A stretch of DNA of 64,000 nucleotides from Planctomycetota bacterium (GTDB lineage: Bacteria > Planctomycetota > Brocadiia > JAADGH01). Below the pieces are notes generated by a model. The model was given only the letters and a program-made list of their open reading frames with translations. It was not told where the DNA came from and did no database searches. Shown piece after piece: positions 10,527 to 20,808 of the stretch. The translations under genes and the position numbers were made by a program. The stretch lies in contig JBFMAD010000002.1 of assembly GCA_040755855.1 (NCBI GenBank), positions 243,705-307,704 on the forward strand, read 5' to 3'. Numbering within the stretch: the first letter of the stretch is position 1; the number at the start of each line of letters is the position of its first letter.

Positions 10527-11993
10527 TCATGCGACGACCGGCTCGATGTTGAACAGTCGGCAGAAGTGCACCAGCTCGTCCTTGTAGTCGCCGTAGAAGA
10601 AGACCTGGTGGAACCCCGGATAGGCCAGGACGTCCGTCACGCCGTCGAACCGGACCATGACCGAGACGACGCACCCGCCGGCCGGGGGGACGGAGACATT
10701 CTCCAGCACCTCGCCCGCGGAGATGATCATCTTCGCCGGCTGGCCTTGCTTCGCGCTGGGGAGCACGTCCGCCGAGGTCACCCGCTGGCCGCGACGCCAC
10801 AGCGTCCGCGGCACGGCGTCGCGATTGCCATGATGATGGCACAACTCGAACGGCTCCGGCGGCCGCGAGAAGCCGTTCAACCTCGTCGGGCAGGAGCAAT
10901 GGGCCCCGATGATCGCCCCGCGCGCGGTCTCGGCCACCGGGTCCTGCTGGAAGCCAGGGCGGTCGAAGAGGTACTGCACGATGGCGTGCGTCGCCGCGGC
11001 CCCGAGGTCCGCCTCGCACGCCGCGGGGATGCCGTCGTCGTTCATCCGCGACCAGGCGATGCAGGGCAGGCTCACCTTCGTGCGGCCCAGCGCGCCCAGG
11101 CAGTCCATGGTGATCGCGTCGCCCTGCTCCTGCTCAAGGATCGTCCGCGCCACGATGTAGCTCTTGACGCCGTTGATCACATCGTCCCGGCTTGCGCCCG
11201 CCACCCTCCTGGCACGCCGCGTGTAGTCGTCGGCGATGGCGAGGACCTCTTCCGTGGCGGGGGTCTTCTGATATTCGTCCAAGAAGGTCTTCGCCGGCAC
11301 ATACCGGAGCTTCATGCCGAGATGGGGCATCTCGACATCGCGTCGCTCCGTTCCCTTGATGACGATGCAGCGCGTGGCGCGGAGCTTCGCCCCCGCGTGG
11401 AGCATCTTCATGCCGTACCTCACCTGGCTGAAGTCGTCGGTCGAGCAGATGAAGCATCCCGTCTTCTGGGACGGCTTTGCGGTATTGGTGGTAAAGGAAC
11501 TGCCCACCGGCGAAAAGACGACGGTCGGTATGGCCGCGTCAATCGCCTTCTCCGCCGTCGGCCAGGCGTGCTGCTGCCGGTCGAGGAGGAGGACGAGCAA
11601 GCCGTTGGCCTTGGCCTCCTTGGCGGCCTGGAGCCATGCGTCGGCCTCTTGCGCGCTGTGGATCGGCTCGGGGCGCAGTTCGAGTTTGATCGGAAGCGCC
11701 TCCGCCTCGGCGGCGACGAGGGATGTGTATTTCCTCCGCGCCGCCTCGCCGTCATATACCGCCCCCGGCCAGGACATCCCATAGTCGCCCTTCCTGCGGA
11801 CAAAGGCGGCGTGGACCGTCGGGACGCAGCGCGACGCCGGCCCCTCGGCCTGGACCTTGCGCACGATGGCATTGTTGACGGCCAGACAGCCGGTCAGCGC
11901 CGACGCGGAGACCGCGGAGGCGGCGGCGAGAAACTCCCTCCGACTGAAGCAACGACGCGACGGACATCCCCTGGTACGCTTTTTGTCGGACAT
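10527..11993 (-). CDS. Tat-exported L-fucose/L-arabinose isomerase-like protein
   Basis: SRREFL twin-arginine motif; DAITMDCL, GIPAACEAD and AHCSCP motifs of the FucI/AraA-like fold. Confidence 0.65.
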   Translation of the reverse strand: MSDKKRTRGCPSRRCFSRREFLAAASAVSASALTGCLAVNNAIVRKVQAEGPASRCVPTVHAAFVRRKGDYGMSWPGAVYDGEAARRKYTSLVAAEAEALPIKLELRPEPIHSAQEADAWLQAAKEAKANGLLVLLLDRQQHAWPTAEKAIDAAIPTVVFSPVGSSFTTNTAKPSQKTGCFICSTDDFSQVRYGMKMLHAGAKLRATRCIVIKGTERRDVEMPHLGMKLRYVPAKTFLDEYQKTPATEEVLAIADDYTRRARRVAGASRDDVINGVKSYIVARTILEQEQGDAITMDCLGALGRTKVSLPCIAWSRMNDDGIPAACEADLGAAATHAIVQYLFDRPGFQQDPVAETARGAIIGAHCSCPTRLNGFSRPPEPFELCHHHGNRDAVPRTLWRRGQRVTSADVLPSAKQGQPAKMIISAGEVLENVSVPPAGGCVVSVMVRFDGVTDVLAYPGFHQVFFYGDYKDELVHFCRLFNIEPVVA

Positions 11994-12321
11994 TCCTCTC
12001 CCCTTCCAATGCGCCACGTGACCGACGAAAGACTACATGCATAAAACGTGCGGAGTCAAGAAAAATACACCCCACGGCCCCACGGAAGAGTCCCCTATCC
12101 ATTTCGGAAACCAATCCATCCGGCGACGATCTCCATAGAGGTATGTCATGCAGGGGCAAGGGGCGCTACCCCCTTGCTATACTCTTCTCGCGGCATCCTG
12201 GTTCACCTTTTCCTTATACCACTTCCTCGCCCTCTCTGATATACTATTTCCCCGGCCACTCCCCACGCACGGAGAGATGCGGCCCCTATGACCATGCAGG
12301 TGGATTGAAAGGATCGCACAT

Positions 12322-14538
12322 ATGTCGTTCTCCAAGGCGCTTCGACTCTTCACCCGTTGGCCGTCCTTTGCAGAAAGGTACTGGTGGAATTCCCCCGACC
12401 GCCCGGAGCTCGGCTGTTTCGGCACAGGCTATAACGGCTGGGGCGTGCAGACGAATCAGAAGTATCTCGCCTCACTCGCCGTCCTCGCATCCGACCCAGA
12501 CTTCGACGAGGCCGCCTGCGGCATGAGCCGAGAGGCGCTGCTCGACCGTGTTCGCCGGGCGCTGCGATTCTCTCTCGAAAGTCACGTCGAGGGGTCGTAT
12601 CACTGCACCGACGGGACGAAATGGGGCCACACATGGATCTCGGCCCTCGGCATCGAACGGATGATGCACGGCCTCGACGCCATGCAGGATCACCTGACCG
12701 ATGAGGACAGAACCAAGATTCGCCGCCTCCTTGTGTCCGAGGCCGACTGGCTGCTCGACTATAAAATTCAGGGGACCGTCTGGGCGCACGACGGCGGCAA
12801 CAAGCCCGAGTCCAACATCTGGAACGGGGCCATCTCCGCCCGCGCCGCGCTGATGTATCCCGATGAACTCCACGCGGGCGACTGGATGGAAAAGGCGCAT
12901 CGCTTCTTCATCAATGGCATCTCGGTGCGGGCCGACGCCCACGACGATACCCTCCTGGCCGGCAAGCCGATCCGCGAACGCCATGTGGGGCCGAACTTCT
13001 TCGACCATTACGCCCTCGACCATCACAGCTACCTCAACGTGGGATACATGGTGGTCTGCCTCAGCAACATCGCCATGCTTCATTACGGCCTTACCCGCCG
13101 CGGCATCGAACCGCCCCAGTCGCTCTACCACCACGCCGCCGACCTGTGGCAGCTTATCCGGCGGCTCGTCTTTGCCGATGGCCGTCTGTGCCGCATCGGG
13201 GGCGATTCGCGCCAGCGCTATTGCTACTGCCAAGACTACCTCCTGCCCACGCTGATCTTCGCCGCCGGCCACTTAGGCGATGCGCACGCCGCGGCGCTGG
13301 CACGCAACCAGCTGAAACTGATCCAGGCGGAGCAGGACGCGAACGGCAGTTTCCTCTCGCGGCGGCTGGGGTATATCGGCGCGAACAACACGCACTACTT
13401 CTGTCGCATCGAATCGGACAAGGCGGTCGTGCTCTCCATGGCGCGCTATTGGGGACGGGGACTCAAGCTCCCGAAGACGCGGCAGCCCTTTGAGGATTCC
13501 GTCCAGGGCGGATGGGAGGAGCCGGAGCACGGGGCCATGTTCCACCGATGCCCCACGCGGATCGTCTCGTGGAGCTGGCGGGCGAACCTCGCGGAGTCGC
13601 CCCAGGGCCTCTGCCTCCCGCCTAGCAACGGCCATCTGGCCGAGTGGGAGAAGAACCTCGCCGGCGCGGTCATCCCCGCAGCGGAGCGGCACAGCGAGGG
13701 CAAACGCGAGCAGCGGCTTGTCCGCCACAAACAATGGTCCTTCGATGGCGGCTTCCTGACGATCGGCGAGGTCGTGGACGGACTGAATGTCTATATCGGG
13801 GAGGGGTGGTCGGCCCCCGAGACGGCCCGACATCAAATCGCCTTCGCCGCCCTCCCCGACGGTCACACGGCGGTGCGCCTCGAACATGCCCGCGTGCCGG
13901 ATCGGCGCGTCTATCTGGCCCGAATCGAGGGCGTCCGCATGAACGTGCCGAACGACATTTTCAACAAGATGAAACGCCGCTACATCACAAAGAACGGCGA
14001 TCAGATCGTCAGGTCCAGACTCGGCAAGAGGCAGGTCATCAACTTAGACTCACCGTGGGTCAATGTGGAGGACTCGATCGGTCTCATCGGCGTCTACGGC
14101 GGCGATGCATGGACCATCCTCCAACACGGCGAGCGCACGGGTGGCTACCGCGGCAGCATCCTCGCCGACGTCCTCTGCTTCCCGTTCCGGGAGGGGTTTT
14201 GGGATGTGTACGGCTCGGAAGTCGTTCTTGATACGGGGTGCGTGATCCTGTCTTCGGTTGATGCCGCAAAGACGGGCGGCCTGTTCGAGAGCGGCATGGC
14301 GCGGCGATTGACATGCGATGAGGCCGACGCCCGCGCGGTGCGCGTGCGCGCGCTCGACGGCAAGACCTACATTCTCCTCGCAAACTTCTCGAAGACGGAG
14401 GGCCGCGTCACCGCGGCTCTCGAAGCGGAGGGGAATCTGTGCCATATCTCGTCGGGCGAGCGCGTCTCCGCCCGCAACGGAAAGCTCTCGCTGAATCTCG
14501 AACCGGGCATGGCGGCGTTGCTGCGGGCATTGCCCTGA
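12322..14538 (+). CDS. Hypothetical protein (possible alpha/alpha-toroid lyase-like fold)
   Basis: 738-aa ORF with AAAGGA RBS and host-like codon usage; NKPESN.W and HHSYLNVGY segments. The fold is a guess. Confidence 0.7.
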   Translation: MSFSKALRLFTRWPSFAERYWWNSPDRPELGCFGTGYNGWGVQTNQKYLASLAVLASDPDFDEAACGMSREALLDRVRRALRFSLESHVEGSYHCTDGTKWGHTWISALGIERMMHGLDAMQDHLTDEDRTKIRRLLVSEADWLLDYKIQGTVWAHDGGNKPESNIWNGAISARAALMYPDELHAGDWMEKAHRFFINGISVRADAHDDTLLAGKPIRERHVGPNFFDHYALDHHSYLNVGYMVVCLSNIAMLHYGLTRRGIEPPQSLYHHAADLWQLIRRLVFADGRLCRIGGDSRQRYCYCQDYLLPTLIFAAGHLGDAHAAALARNQLKLIQAEQDANGSFLSRRLGYIGANNTHYFCRIESDKAVVLSMARYWGRGLKLPKTRQPFEDSVQGGWEEPEHGAMFHRCPTRIVSWSWRANLAESPQGLCLPPSNGHLAEWEKNLAGAVIPAAERHSEGKREQRLVRHKQWSFDGGFLTIGEVVDGLNVYIGEGWSAPETARHQIAFAALPDGHTAVRLEHARVPDRRVYLARIEGVRMNVPNDIFNKMKRRYITKNGDQIVRSRLGKRQVINLDSPWVNVEDSIGLIGVYGGDAWTILQHGERTGGYRGSILADVLCFPFREGFWDVYGSEVVLDTGCVILSSVDAAKTGGLFESGMARRLTCDEADARAVRVRALDGKTYILLANFSKTEGRVTAALEAEGNLCHISSGERVSARNGKLSLNLEPGMAALLRALP

Positions 14539-14550
14539 AAGGAGAAACCG

Positions 14551-17500
14551 ATGAACCGCATCCGTTTCATCTTTGCCCTCCTGTTCGTCTGGGTTCCGTT
14601 CGCTCCGATCTCTGCTGAGCCTCCGCCGCCCGACCGGTCGGTGTGGGAACAGGTGGATATCATCCCCATGCCCAAGCGGATTCGATTGACCGGACAACGT
14701 CTACCCCTCGCTAACGCGGTTATCGTTGTCGGGGAAAACCCAAGCGAGCAGGACCAGATCGGGGCGCAGTGGATCAACGAGCACATCGTGGCCAAGGGCG
14801 GCAAGGCCCTGACGGTGACGACAGAAGCGAAGGCGGAAGGCAATGCGCCCCTGCGAATCGTTATCGGGACGCGGGACACGTGCAAGGCCGTTGGCGAGGC
14901 GGCGAAGGCCGGTGTATTCAAGCTCGGCCCCGACGTCCCCGGCAAGCAGGGCTACGTGATCCATCCGCGCAAGCGCGACGGCGGCGCAGACCTCCTCCTC
15001 GGCGGGGCCGACCCCGTCGGGGCGCTGTACGCTTGTGTCACATTCGCGGGGCTTCTGGACAAAGAAGGGAACAATGTTGTCGTGCGCGAGGCCGAGGTCG
15101 TGGATTGGCCGGACTATCGGATCTGCACCGAGGGGTGGAATCTCTACAACGTGGAGGTGCAGGATGCGGCCGACAGGGCGCGGTGGTCGCGGAGCAACAT
15201 CTCGGAGGAGAGCAAGCAGGCATATCTCCGCGCCATGAGGGCGCACATAGACCGGCTTCTGGAATGGAAGATTTCCTGCTTCAAGGCGGACGACCTGCGG
15301 TACTGGAACAAGCTGTCGCCGGAGTTTCTGGCGGTCTACAAGGAGATTACCTCCTACGCGAAGGCGCGCGGCATCCATTCGCTTTATTACGCCCTGCCGC
15401 CGGCGGTGGGGTTTCGCGAGGATTTGCCCGATGCGCCCGTGCGCTGTTTGACAGGCGTGGGACGGGACCGATACACCGATCTCGTTCGTTGCTGGTCCAT
15501 GGACGAGGAGCGGCGGCCCTATGCCCGGAGGATCGGCGAGTTCGCCAAGGCCGCCGGTCTCACGGACATCGGCTTCCACGATTGGGACACCGGGGCGTAC
15601 CTCAGCCCCGCGCAGTGGGAAGAGCGCTGCGACGTCTGCCGGAAGCGGTGGGGGGACGACTTCGCCGCGGCCACGATCAACAAACACCGCATCTTATACG
15701 AGGAGATCAAGAAGGTCTATCCAGACGTGTGGATTCACTTCACCCTTTATCCCTACGGCATCAGCATCCTGACGCAGCAGGCCGCCGAGGCGTATCACAT
15801 CAACCGCTACGGTCCCGGCCCCAGCGTGCCGGAGACCGCCAGGCGCCTCCGCGAGCGATACACCGAGTTCTGGAAACAGGTGACGAAGGGCCTGCCGCCG
15901 GACGTGACCTTCTGCATCCGCGAAAACATCCCGGAGAATGTGCGCATCTTCCATGAACTGACCAAGCCCCACGGCACGTTCATCTGGTACCTCGCCGGGT
16001 CGAAGTACTGGCGACCGTTCTTCGACGTCTCGCCGTGCTGGGCGCCGACGTTCTACAGCGGACGGGACGACGTCATGTTCACCGTCTCGATGGAGACATT
16101 CGTCCCCCTGAAGGGGCTGGCTGTTCGGGAATACACCTGGAACACGAAGGCCCCCGGCGCGACAGGCTGGTCCACGCTGCCCGATGAGGAGTGGTGGCAG
16201 AACGGCGAGCCGAAGGGCGAGATATACAGCGTGATCCTTCCCCATATTGTGCGGAATCTTTTCGGTCGCGCCGCCGCGCCGGAACTCACGGAGGCCCTGT
16301 CCCTGAACATGGCCACGAATCACATCTTTGACTTCGAGTTTACCGGCAAGACCTTGCCGCTGGTGCTGACGACCTACGAGAAATGGAAGTGGCAAGCGGA
16401 CCTTGCCGAGAAGGGCTGCGCCCTCGTCGATCAGGTCTTCAAGCGGTTCGCGGAGTCGAAGGACCGTCTCGGCATGAGCGACTACGCGGCCCGCCGGTTT
16501 ATCTATATACGCGAGGTCTTTCACAGCAGCAAGTGGATGGCCCAGGCGAAGATGCACAACATCCACGCCCGCGAACTCGCCAAGGCCGGGAAGCTCGACG
16601 ATGCGCGGGAGGCGATCCGCCTCGGCAAACAAGCCGTCGCCGAGGGGCGCGGGGATATGGAGCGCCTTCTTGCTCAACGCCCCGACGATCCCGTCTACAA
16701 CGCGAAGCCCAAAGACCCCAAGCGCCCGCCGTACTGGAAGATGTTCACGCCGGGCAACCGCGTGGACTTCGACGTGCCCGCGAAGATGCTCGCGCAGACC
16801 GAGAAGGAGCTTACCTCCCTGGCGGCGGCCGGCGATCTGCCCGAACGCGCCCTTCAGATGTTGGAGAAGCGAAGCATGGTTCATCTCGCCCCAGCATCCC
16901 AGCCGCCGACCATTGACGGTCGCCTCGACGAACCCGTCTGGCGAAATGCCGTCCCAGCCGAGGCGTTCTTTGTCGATCCGGCCGGCCAGGGAATCGCCCG
17001 CGCGCACACGAGGGCGCGGTTTTTCCGCGACGAGAAAACCCTCTACTTCGGGGCGACGTGCTGGATGCCCGGCAATTCCCCTATCCAATCCAAGGCGCGC
17101 GAGCATGACGGGCCGGTGATGGACGATGAGCAGGTGGAACTCTTCCTCATGCCGCCGCAGATGAAGGGCGGCTATGTGCAATTTCAGATCAACGCCGACG
17201 GCAGCATCGCAGACAAGCGGGTCATGGTGGAGAAGAACGACGCCGGCGTCAACGTCAAAAAACGCGATCCGGCGTGGAACGCGGAGGGCGTCGCCGTGAA
17301 GACGACCCGCGGCGAAGGCATTTGGGAACTTGAGATGGCTATCCCTCTCGCCACCATCGGCGCGAAAGACTGGAAAGGCGGGTGGCACGTCAACGTCTGC
17401 CGCGACTTCAAAGGCCCGACGCGCGAGCTGAGTTCCATCATGCGTCCCACCGGCAAGGACTTCCACGATACGGCAGCGTTCCTGGAACTCAAGTTCGACC

Positions 17501-18630
17501 CCACCCCCGCGCCGCCGCCGGAGGTCGAGATCGCCGTGGCGGGAGTGAAGGAGCAAACCAGAACGCTCGACGACCGGATTGCCACGGTGCTCGACTTTGG
17601 GCTGGACATCCGCTCGACCCGCGTCCTGCGCAACGTTCGCATCACCGCCGAGGCCTACGATGCAACCGGCCGGCTGCACGGCCGCAGCGTCCTCAAGGAA
17701 CTGCCGCATCTCGCCTTCTACTGGAACCCGACCGATACCTTCACCATCGGCTTCGAGCAGGAGGTAAAGATCGGCGGCATGCGAATCCTCCTCGAATCGA
17801 GTGAGGTGAAGGCCGAGCGCTGGGTCCACCTCGGCGGGTGGACCGGCGCGCCGGAGCACGGATTGATCTTCGACCCCGCGTCCACGGGCCTCACCGAACT
17901 GTGCAATCTGCCGTCGGAAATCCTGCCGCCCGCGGCCCAGGAACCGATGCGGCTCTTGGATCGGCGGAAGGGGACCGTCGAGATCTGGCTCAAGCCGGAG
18001 TGGCCGGCGCTCCACCCGGTCGAGACGGCCCTGCCCTGGTCGCCGCGGCACGTGGTGTATCACTGCGGTATCATGCGGCGGGAGCATCCGCTGAACTTCA
18101 ACTGCTCCTCCGTAATCCTGTACCACGACGCGGCCGGCAAGTCCTTGGTTTTTGCGATTGCGAATCACAGCTACACCGGGTGGAACGTCCAGACCCATGT
18201 GCCGGATACCGATTTGTGGAAGCAACCCAACTGGCGCCATATTGCCTGCGTCTGGGACCATGATGCGAAGCCAGGCGACTGGCTGCGGCTCTACCTCGAC
18301 GGCAAGCGGGTCCCGGTCGAGACCCGGATCAGCAAGCCGGAACGCCTGCCCGCCGACAAAGGGGTGGAGCTGGACAAGACGGCCTACGCCTTCCAGGTCG
18401 GCGGCCTGAATACCGGGCGGAATCCGGCCTGCGCGGTCATCGACGATTTGCGCATCTCGCGCATGGCGCGTTACGACGCCGATTTCACGCCCGATCGCAA
18501 GCCGTTCGAGATCGACAAGGATACGTCTGCGGTCTTCCATTTCAATGGAACCCTGAAAGGCGAGGGGATGACGGAGGAAGGGAAGCGCTACGCGGTGGAC
18601 GGCGTCGCCGGCGCGCTGGAGTGGCACTGA
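14551..18630 (+). CDS. Secreted multidomain glycoside-hydrolase-like protein (GH20 domain-2-like, TIM barrel, CBM9-like, LamG-like)
   Basis: Signal peptide; IIPMPK...QGYVI...GALYACVT...DWPDY; PTIDGRLDEPVW...D.VELFL; WRHIACVWD...LYLDG...IDDLRIS. Confidence 0.75.
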   Translation: MNRIRFIFALLFVWVPFAPISAEPPPPDRSVWEQVDIIPMPKRIRLTGQRLPLANAVIVVGENPSEQDQIGAQWINEHIVAKGGKALTVTTEAKAEGNAPLRIVIGTRDTCKAVGEAAKAGVFKLGPDVPGKQGYVIHPRKRDGGADLLLGGADPVGALYACVTFAGLLDKEGNNVVVREAEVVDWPDYRICTEGWNLYNVEVQDAADRARWSRSNISEESKQAYLRAMRAHIDRLLEWKISCFKADDLRYWNKLSPEFLAVYKEITSYAKARGIHSLYYALPPAVGFREDLPDAPVRCLTGVGRDRYTDLVRCWSMDEERRPYARRIGEFAKAAGLTDIGFHDWDTGAYLSPAQWEERCDVCRKRWGDDFAAATINKHRILYEEIKKVYPDVWIHFTLYPYGISILTQQAAEAYHINRYGPGPSVPETARRLRERYTEFWKQVTKGLPPDVTFCIRENIPENVRIFHELTKPHGTFIWYLAGSKYWRPFFDVSPCWAPTFYSGRDDVMFTVSMETFVPLKGLAVREYTWNTKAPGATGWSTLPDEEWWQNGEPKGEIYSVILPHIVRNLFGRAAAPELTEALSLNMATNHIFDFEFTGKTLPLVLTTYEKWKWQADLAEKGCALVDQVFKRFAESKDRLGMSDYAARRFIYIREVFHSSKWMAQAKMHNIHARELAKAGKLDDAREAIRLGKQAVAEGRGDMERLLAQRPDDPVYNAKPKDPKRPPYWKMFTPGNRVDFDVPAKMLAQTEKELTSLAAAGDLPERALQMLEKRSMVHLAPASQPPTIDGRLDEPVWRNAVPAEAFFVDPAGQGIARAHTRARFFRDEKTLYFGATCWMPGNSPIQSKAREHDGPVMDDEQVELFLMPPQMKGGYVQFQINADGSIADKRVMVEKNDAGVNVKKRDPAWNAEGVAVKTTRGEGIWELEMAIPLATIGAKDWKGGWHVNVCRDFKGPTRELSSIMRPTGKDFHDTAAFLELKFDPTPAPPPEVEIAVAGVKEQTRTLDDRIATVLDFGLDIRSTRVLRNVRITAEAYDATGRLHGRSVLKELPHLAFYWNPTDTFTIGFEQEVKIGGMRILLESSEVKAERWVHLGGWTGAPEHGLIFDPASTGLTELCNLPSEILPPAAQEPMRLLDRRKGTVEIWLKPEWPALHPVETALPWSPRHVVYHCGIMRREHPLNFNCSSVILYHDAAGKSLVFAIANHSYTGWNVQTHVPDTDLWKQPNWRHIACVWDHDAKPGDWLRLYLDGKRVPVETRISKPERLPADKGVELDKTAYAFQVGGLNTGRNPACAVIDDLRISRMARYDADFTPDRKPFEIDKDTSAVFHFNGTLKGEGMTEEGKRYAVDGVAGALEWH

Positions 18631-18636
18631 GAGTGC

Positions 18637-20799
18637 TCAGAAGTCGAGAGTCTCTTTCTGTGCCTTTTGCAGCATGTCCTGGTAGATTTTTTTTGCGCGC
18701 AGAAAGACCTGCCGGACGTGCTCCTTGTCGGCGGGTTTCTGGAACTTGCCGTCCTCGTCGGTGCTCTCCCACAGCTTGTCAATCCAGTTGCTGTAGAACG
18801 TGAGATGGTCAACCGACCCGATGGCCCGGTTGCCGATATGGCAATAGATCGGGCTGGAGTGCGCCAGGACGGGGTCGTTCATCGTGTTCAGGCGATGGCG
18901 CGGGCCGGCGCATCGGGCGGCGATCCAACTGCTGCGCGTGAGGGGGATGTCGGCGACCAGCTCTGTGATCTCCTGTCCCGGCGCGGGTTTCGCTGCGGCG
19001 ACCACCTCTCCGTTGACGACGATCTCGACGGTGTCTATCGGAAGAAGCGAGACGGCCTTCACCTTTGCCTTCAGCACCGGCTTCTCCCCTGCGGGGAACT
19101 GGAGTTCCTCTCCCGGCAAATGGTCGTTCACCGTGAAAAAGAGAAGAGGACCGTTTGTCGCGAACGACCGGCCCTTCTTATATGCCTTGATCCATTCCTC
19201 GTAATGGAATTCCGGTCCGACATGCACGTACACGCGGTCCGCGCCGGGGATGTAGTGCCGGCGGACGTTGGTGAAGGCATCGCTCCCCGCCGAGACGGCG
19301 CAGCGGAGGCCGCAGTTGAGCACGCCGTACCAGAGCTTCATTGACTGCTGGTCGTCGGCATTGCTGAGGACGTCAATGGCGTCAATGACCCCGAGGGCGA
19401 GGTCGGCGGGGAACTCCCGCGCGTCGGCCCATCGAAACTCGAACTTGTCCGGGAAGTAGAACGGGTGCGGGTAGGTGACGGCCCCGCCCTGGTCCTGCGC
19501 GTTCTTCGCCAGGTCGTAATTTGGCGGGAAGTCGGTCCAATGGGGCGCGCCCGCAAAGCCGGTGTAGATCGGCTCGACGAGCTTGTTCAGCCCGATCATG
19601 CACAGGTGGCCATAGAGCCGGTAGTTCCGGAATTCCTCGTTCCAGCAGATAACATGGTTGGGCTGCGACAGGCGGTTCGGCTTCCCCTCGAAGTACTTCC
19701 GATCATGCACCCACGCGCCGGTGGAGTTTGCCACATTCATATTTGCGATGTTCAGGTCCTCGCCTAGGACCTGGGCCAGGACAAGCTCCGGCGTGACGAA
19801 CTCGTCCTTAGTGTAGTTGGCGTGGATGTGCATGTCCCCCGAGTGCCAGCCGAGGGATGGCATGTCCGCCAGGCGTGTCAGGTTGAGATTCAGTTCCGTC
19901 GTCTGCCCCGGCTTGATGTGGACCGCTACGGCATGGGGGCGATACTCCGCCCCCCGGACGATCTCGATCTTCGCCTCGCCGGCGGACAGGTCCAGCTCGA
20001 ACTCCCCCTCGCCATAGAAGAATTCTTCCCCCGTCATCGTCGCGCGGGCGAAACAACCTTCCGGCTTCCAGCATCCGCCGTCGCTCCCGGACAGATAGAC
20101 CCGCGCGTGGGCGGGCTTTTGGGTCGCGCCGTCTCGCAGGGCAACCTTGAGGCGGCCCATGGCGCGCATATCGGCATGGACGGGGATGGAGACGGCATGG
20201 TCCACGGCGGGTTTCCCATCGGGGCGAAGCGCCGCGTGGAGACCCAACGCGAACTTGCTCGGCGCGGAGTCCTTCGGGGTCAAGGAAAAGGCGAACCCCA
20301 TCGTCCGGCCCGCCCAGGCGGTGCGCGTCTTGCCCTCCACCGTCAGACCGTTCGCGCCGTCGCACGAAAGATGGATGCGGGCGGGGAGGGAACCCTTGTT
20401 TTTCACAATGATGAAAACAGGCCGGGCCGTCCCCGGCGCAAGAACCAGTTTCAGGGGATTGGGGTTGTCCAGTTGGATTCCTTCCTCGCGGACCTTGACG
20501 CGGATCACCCCTGGTCCCGATAGGGCCCAGAGGTCGCCCTCGATGGCCTGGACCGCGTTGAGCGTGGGGCGGAGCCGCCACGGATCGGTTCGCTGGTAGA
20601 GGGCGAGGAGTTTGGCCTTGTCCAGGTCGGCCCTGCGCAGCATGACCTCCAGGAGGCTTCGTGTGTTGGCTACCTGGTTGCGGAGGAACTCGCGGGGAAT
20701 CTCCTTCGCGGCCGACCGCGTCTCCTGGGCATGTGTCAGGCCCACGCACAGAGCGACCGTCAGGAAGGCGCTGGCGGGGATGCGCAATGGTTTGGTCAT
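18637..20799 (-). CDS. CehA/McbA-family PHP metallohydrolase, secreted
   Basis: Signal peptide; GDMHIH, YGH, YPHP, AGSD, FATNGPLL and AHSSPIY motifs. Confidence 0.8.
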   Translation of the reverse strand: MTKPLRIPASAFLTVALCVGLTHAQETRSAAKEIPREFLRNQVANTRSLLEVMLRRADLDKAKLLALYQRTDPWRLRPTLNAVQAIEGDLWALSGPGVIRVKVREEGIQLDNPNPLKLVLAPGTARPVFIIVKNKGSLPARIHLSCDGANGLTVEGKTRTAWAGRTMGFAFSLTPKDSAPSKFALGLHAALRPDGKPAVDHAVSIPVHADMRAMGRLKVALRDGATQKPAHARVYLSGSDGGCWKPEGCFARATMTGEEFFYGEGEFELDLSAGEAKIEIVRGAEYRPHAVAVHIKPGQTTELNLNLTRLADMPSLGWHSGDMHIHANYTKDEFVTPELVLAQVLGEDLNIANMNVANSTGAWVHDRKYFEGKPNRLSQPNHVICWNEEFRNYRLYGHLCMIGLNKLVEPIYTGFAGAPHWTDFPPNYDLAKNAQDQGGAVTYPHPFYFPDKFEFRWADAREFPADLALGVIDAIDVLSNADDQQSMKLWYGVLNCGLRCAVSAGSDAFTNVRRHYIPGADRVYVHVGPEFHYEEWIKAYKKGRSFATNGPLLFFTVNDHLPGEELQFPAGEKPVLKAKVKAVSLLPIDTVEIVVNGEVVAAAKPAPGQEITELVADIPLTRSSWIAARCAGPRHRLNTMNDPVLAHSSPIYCHIGNRAIGSVDHLTFYSNWIDKLWESTDEDGKFQKPADKEHVRQVFLRAKKIYQDMLQKAQKETLDF

Positions 20800-20808
20800 G
20801 GACCTGTC

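Noticed and set aside
12175..12260. Three imperfect TATAC-containing direct repeats
   Set aside because: Irregular spacing and low identity; explainable as -10-like elements.
15694..18627. 977-aa antisense ORF and similar long shadows (93..773, 1888..3273, 10566..12044, 53258..55714, 61864..63483)
   Set aside because: Each lies opposite a motif-bearing gene; long antisense ORFs are expected from high-GC codon bias and show no motifs.
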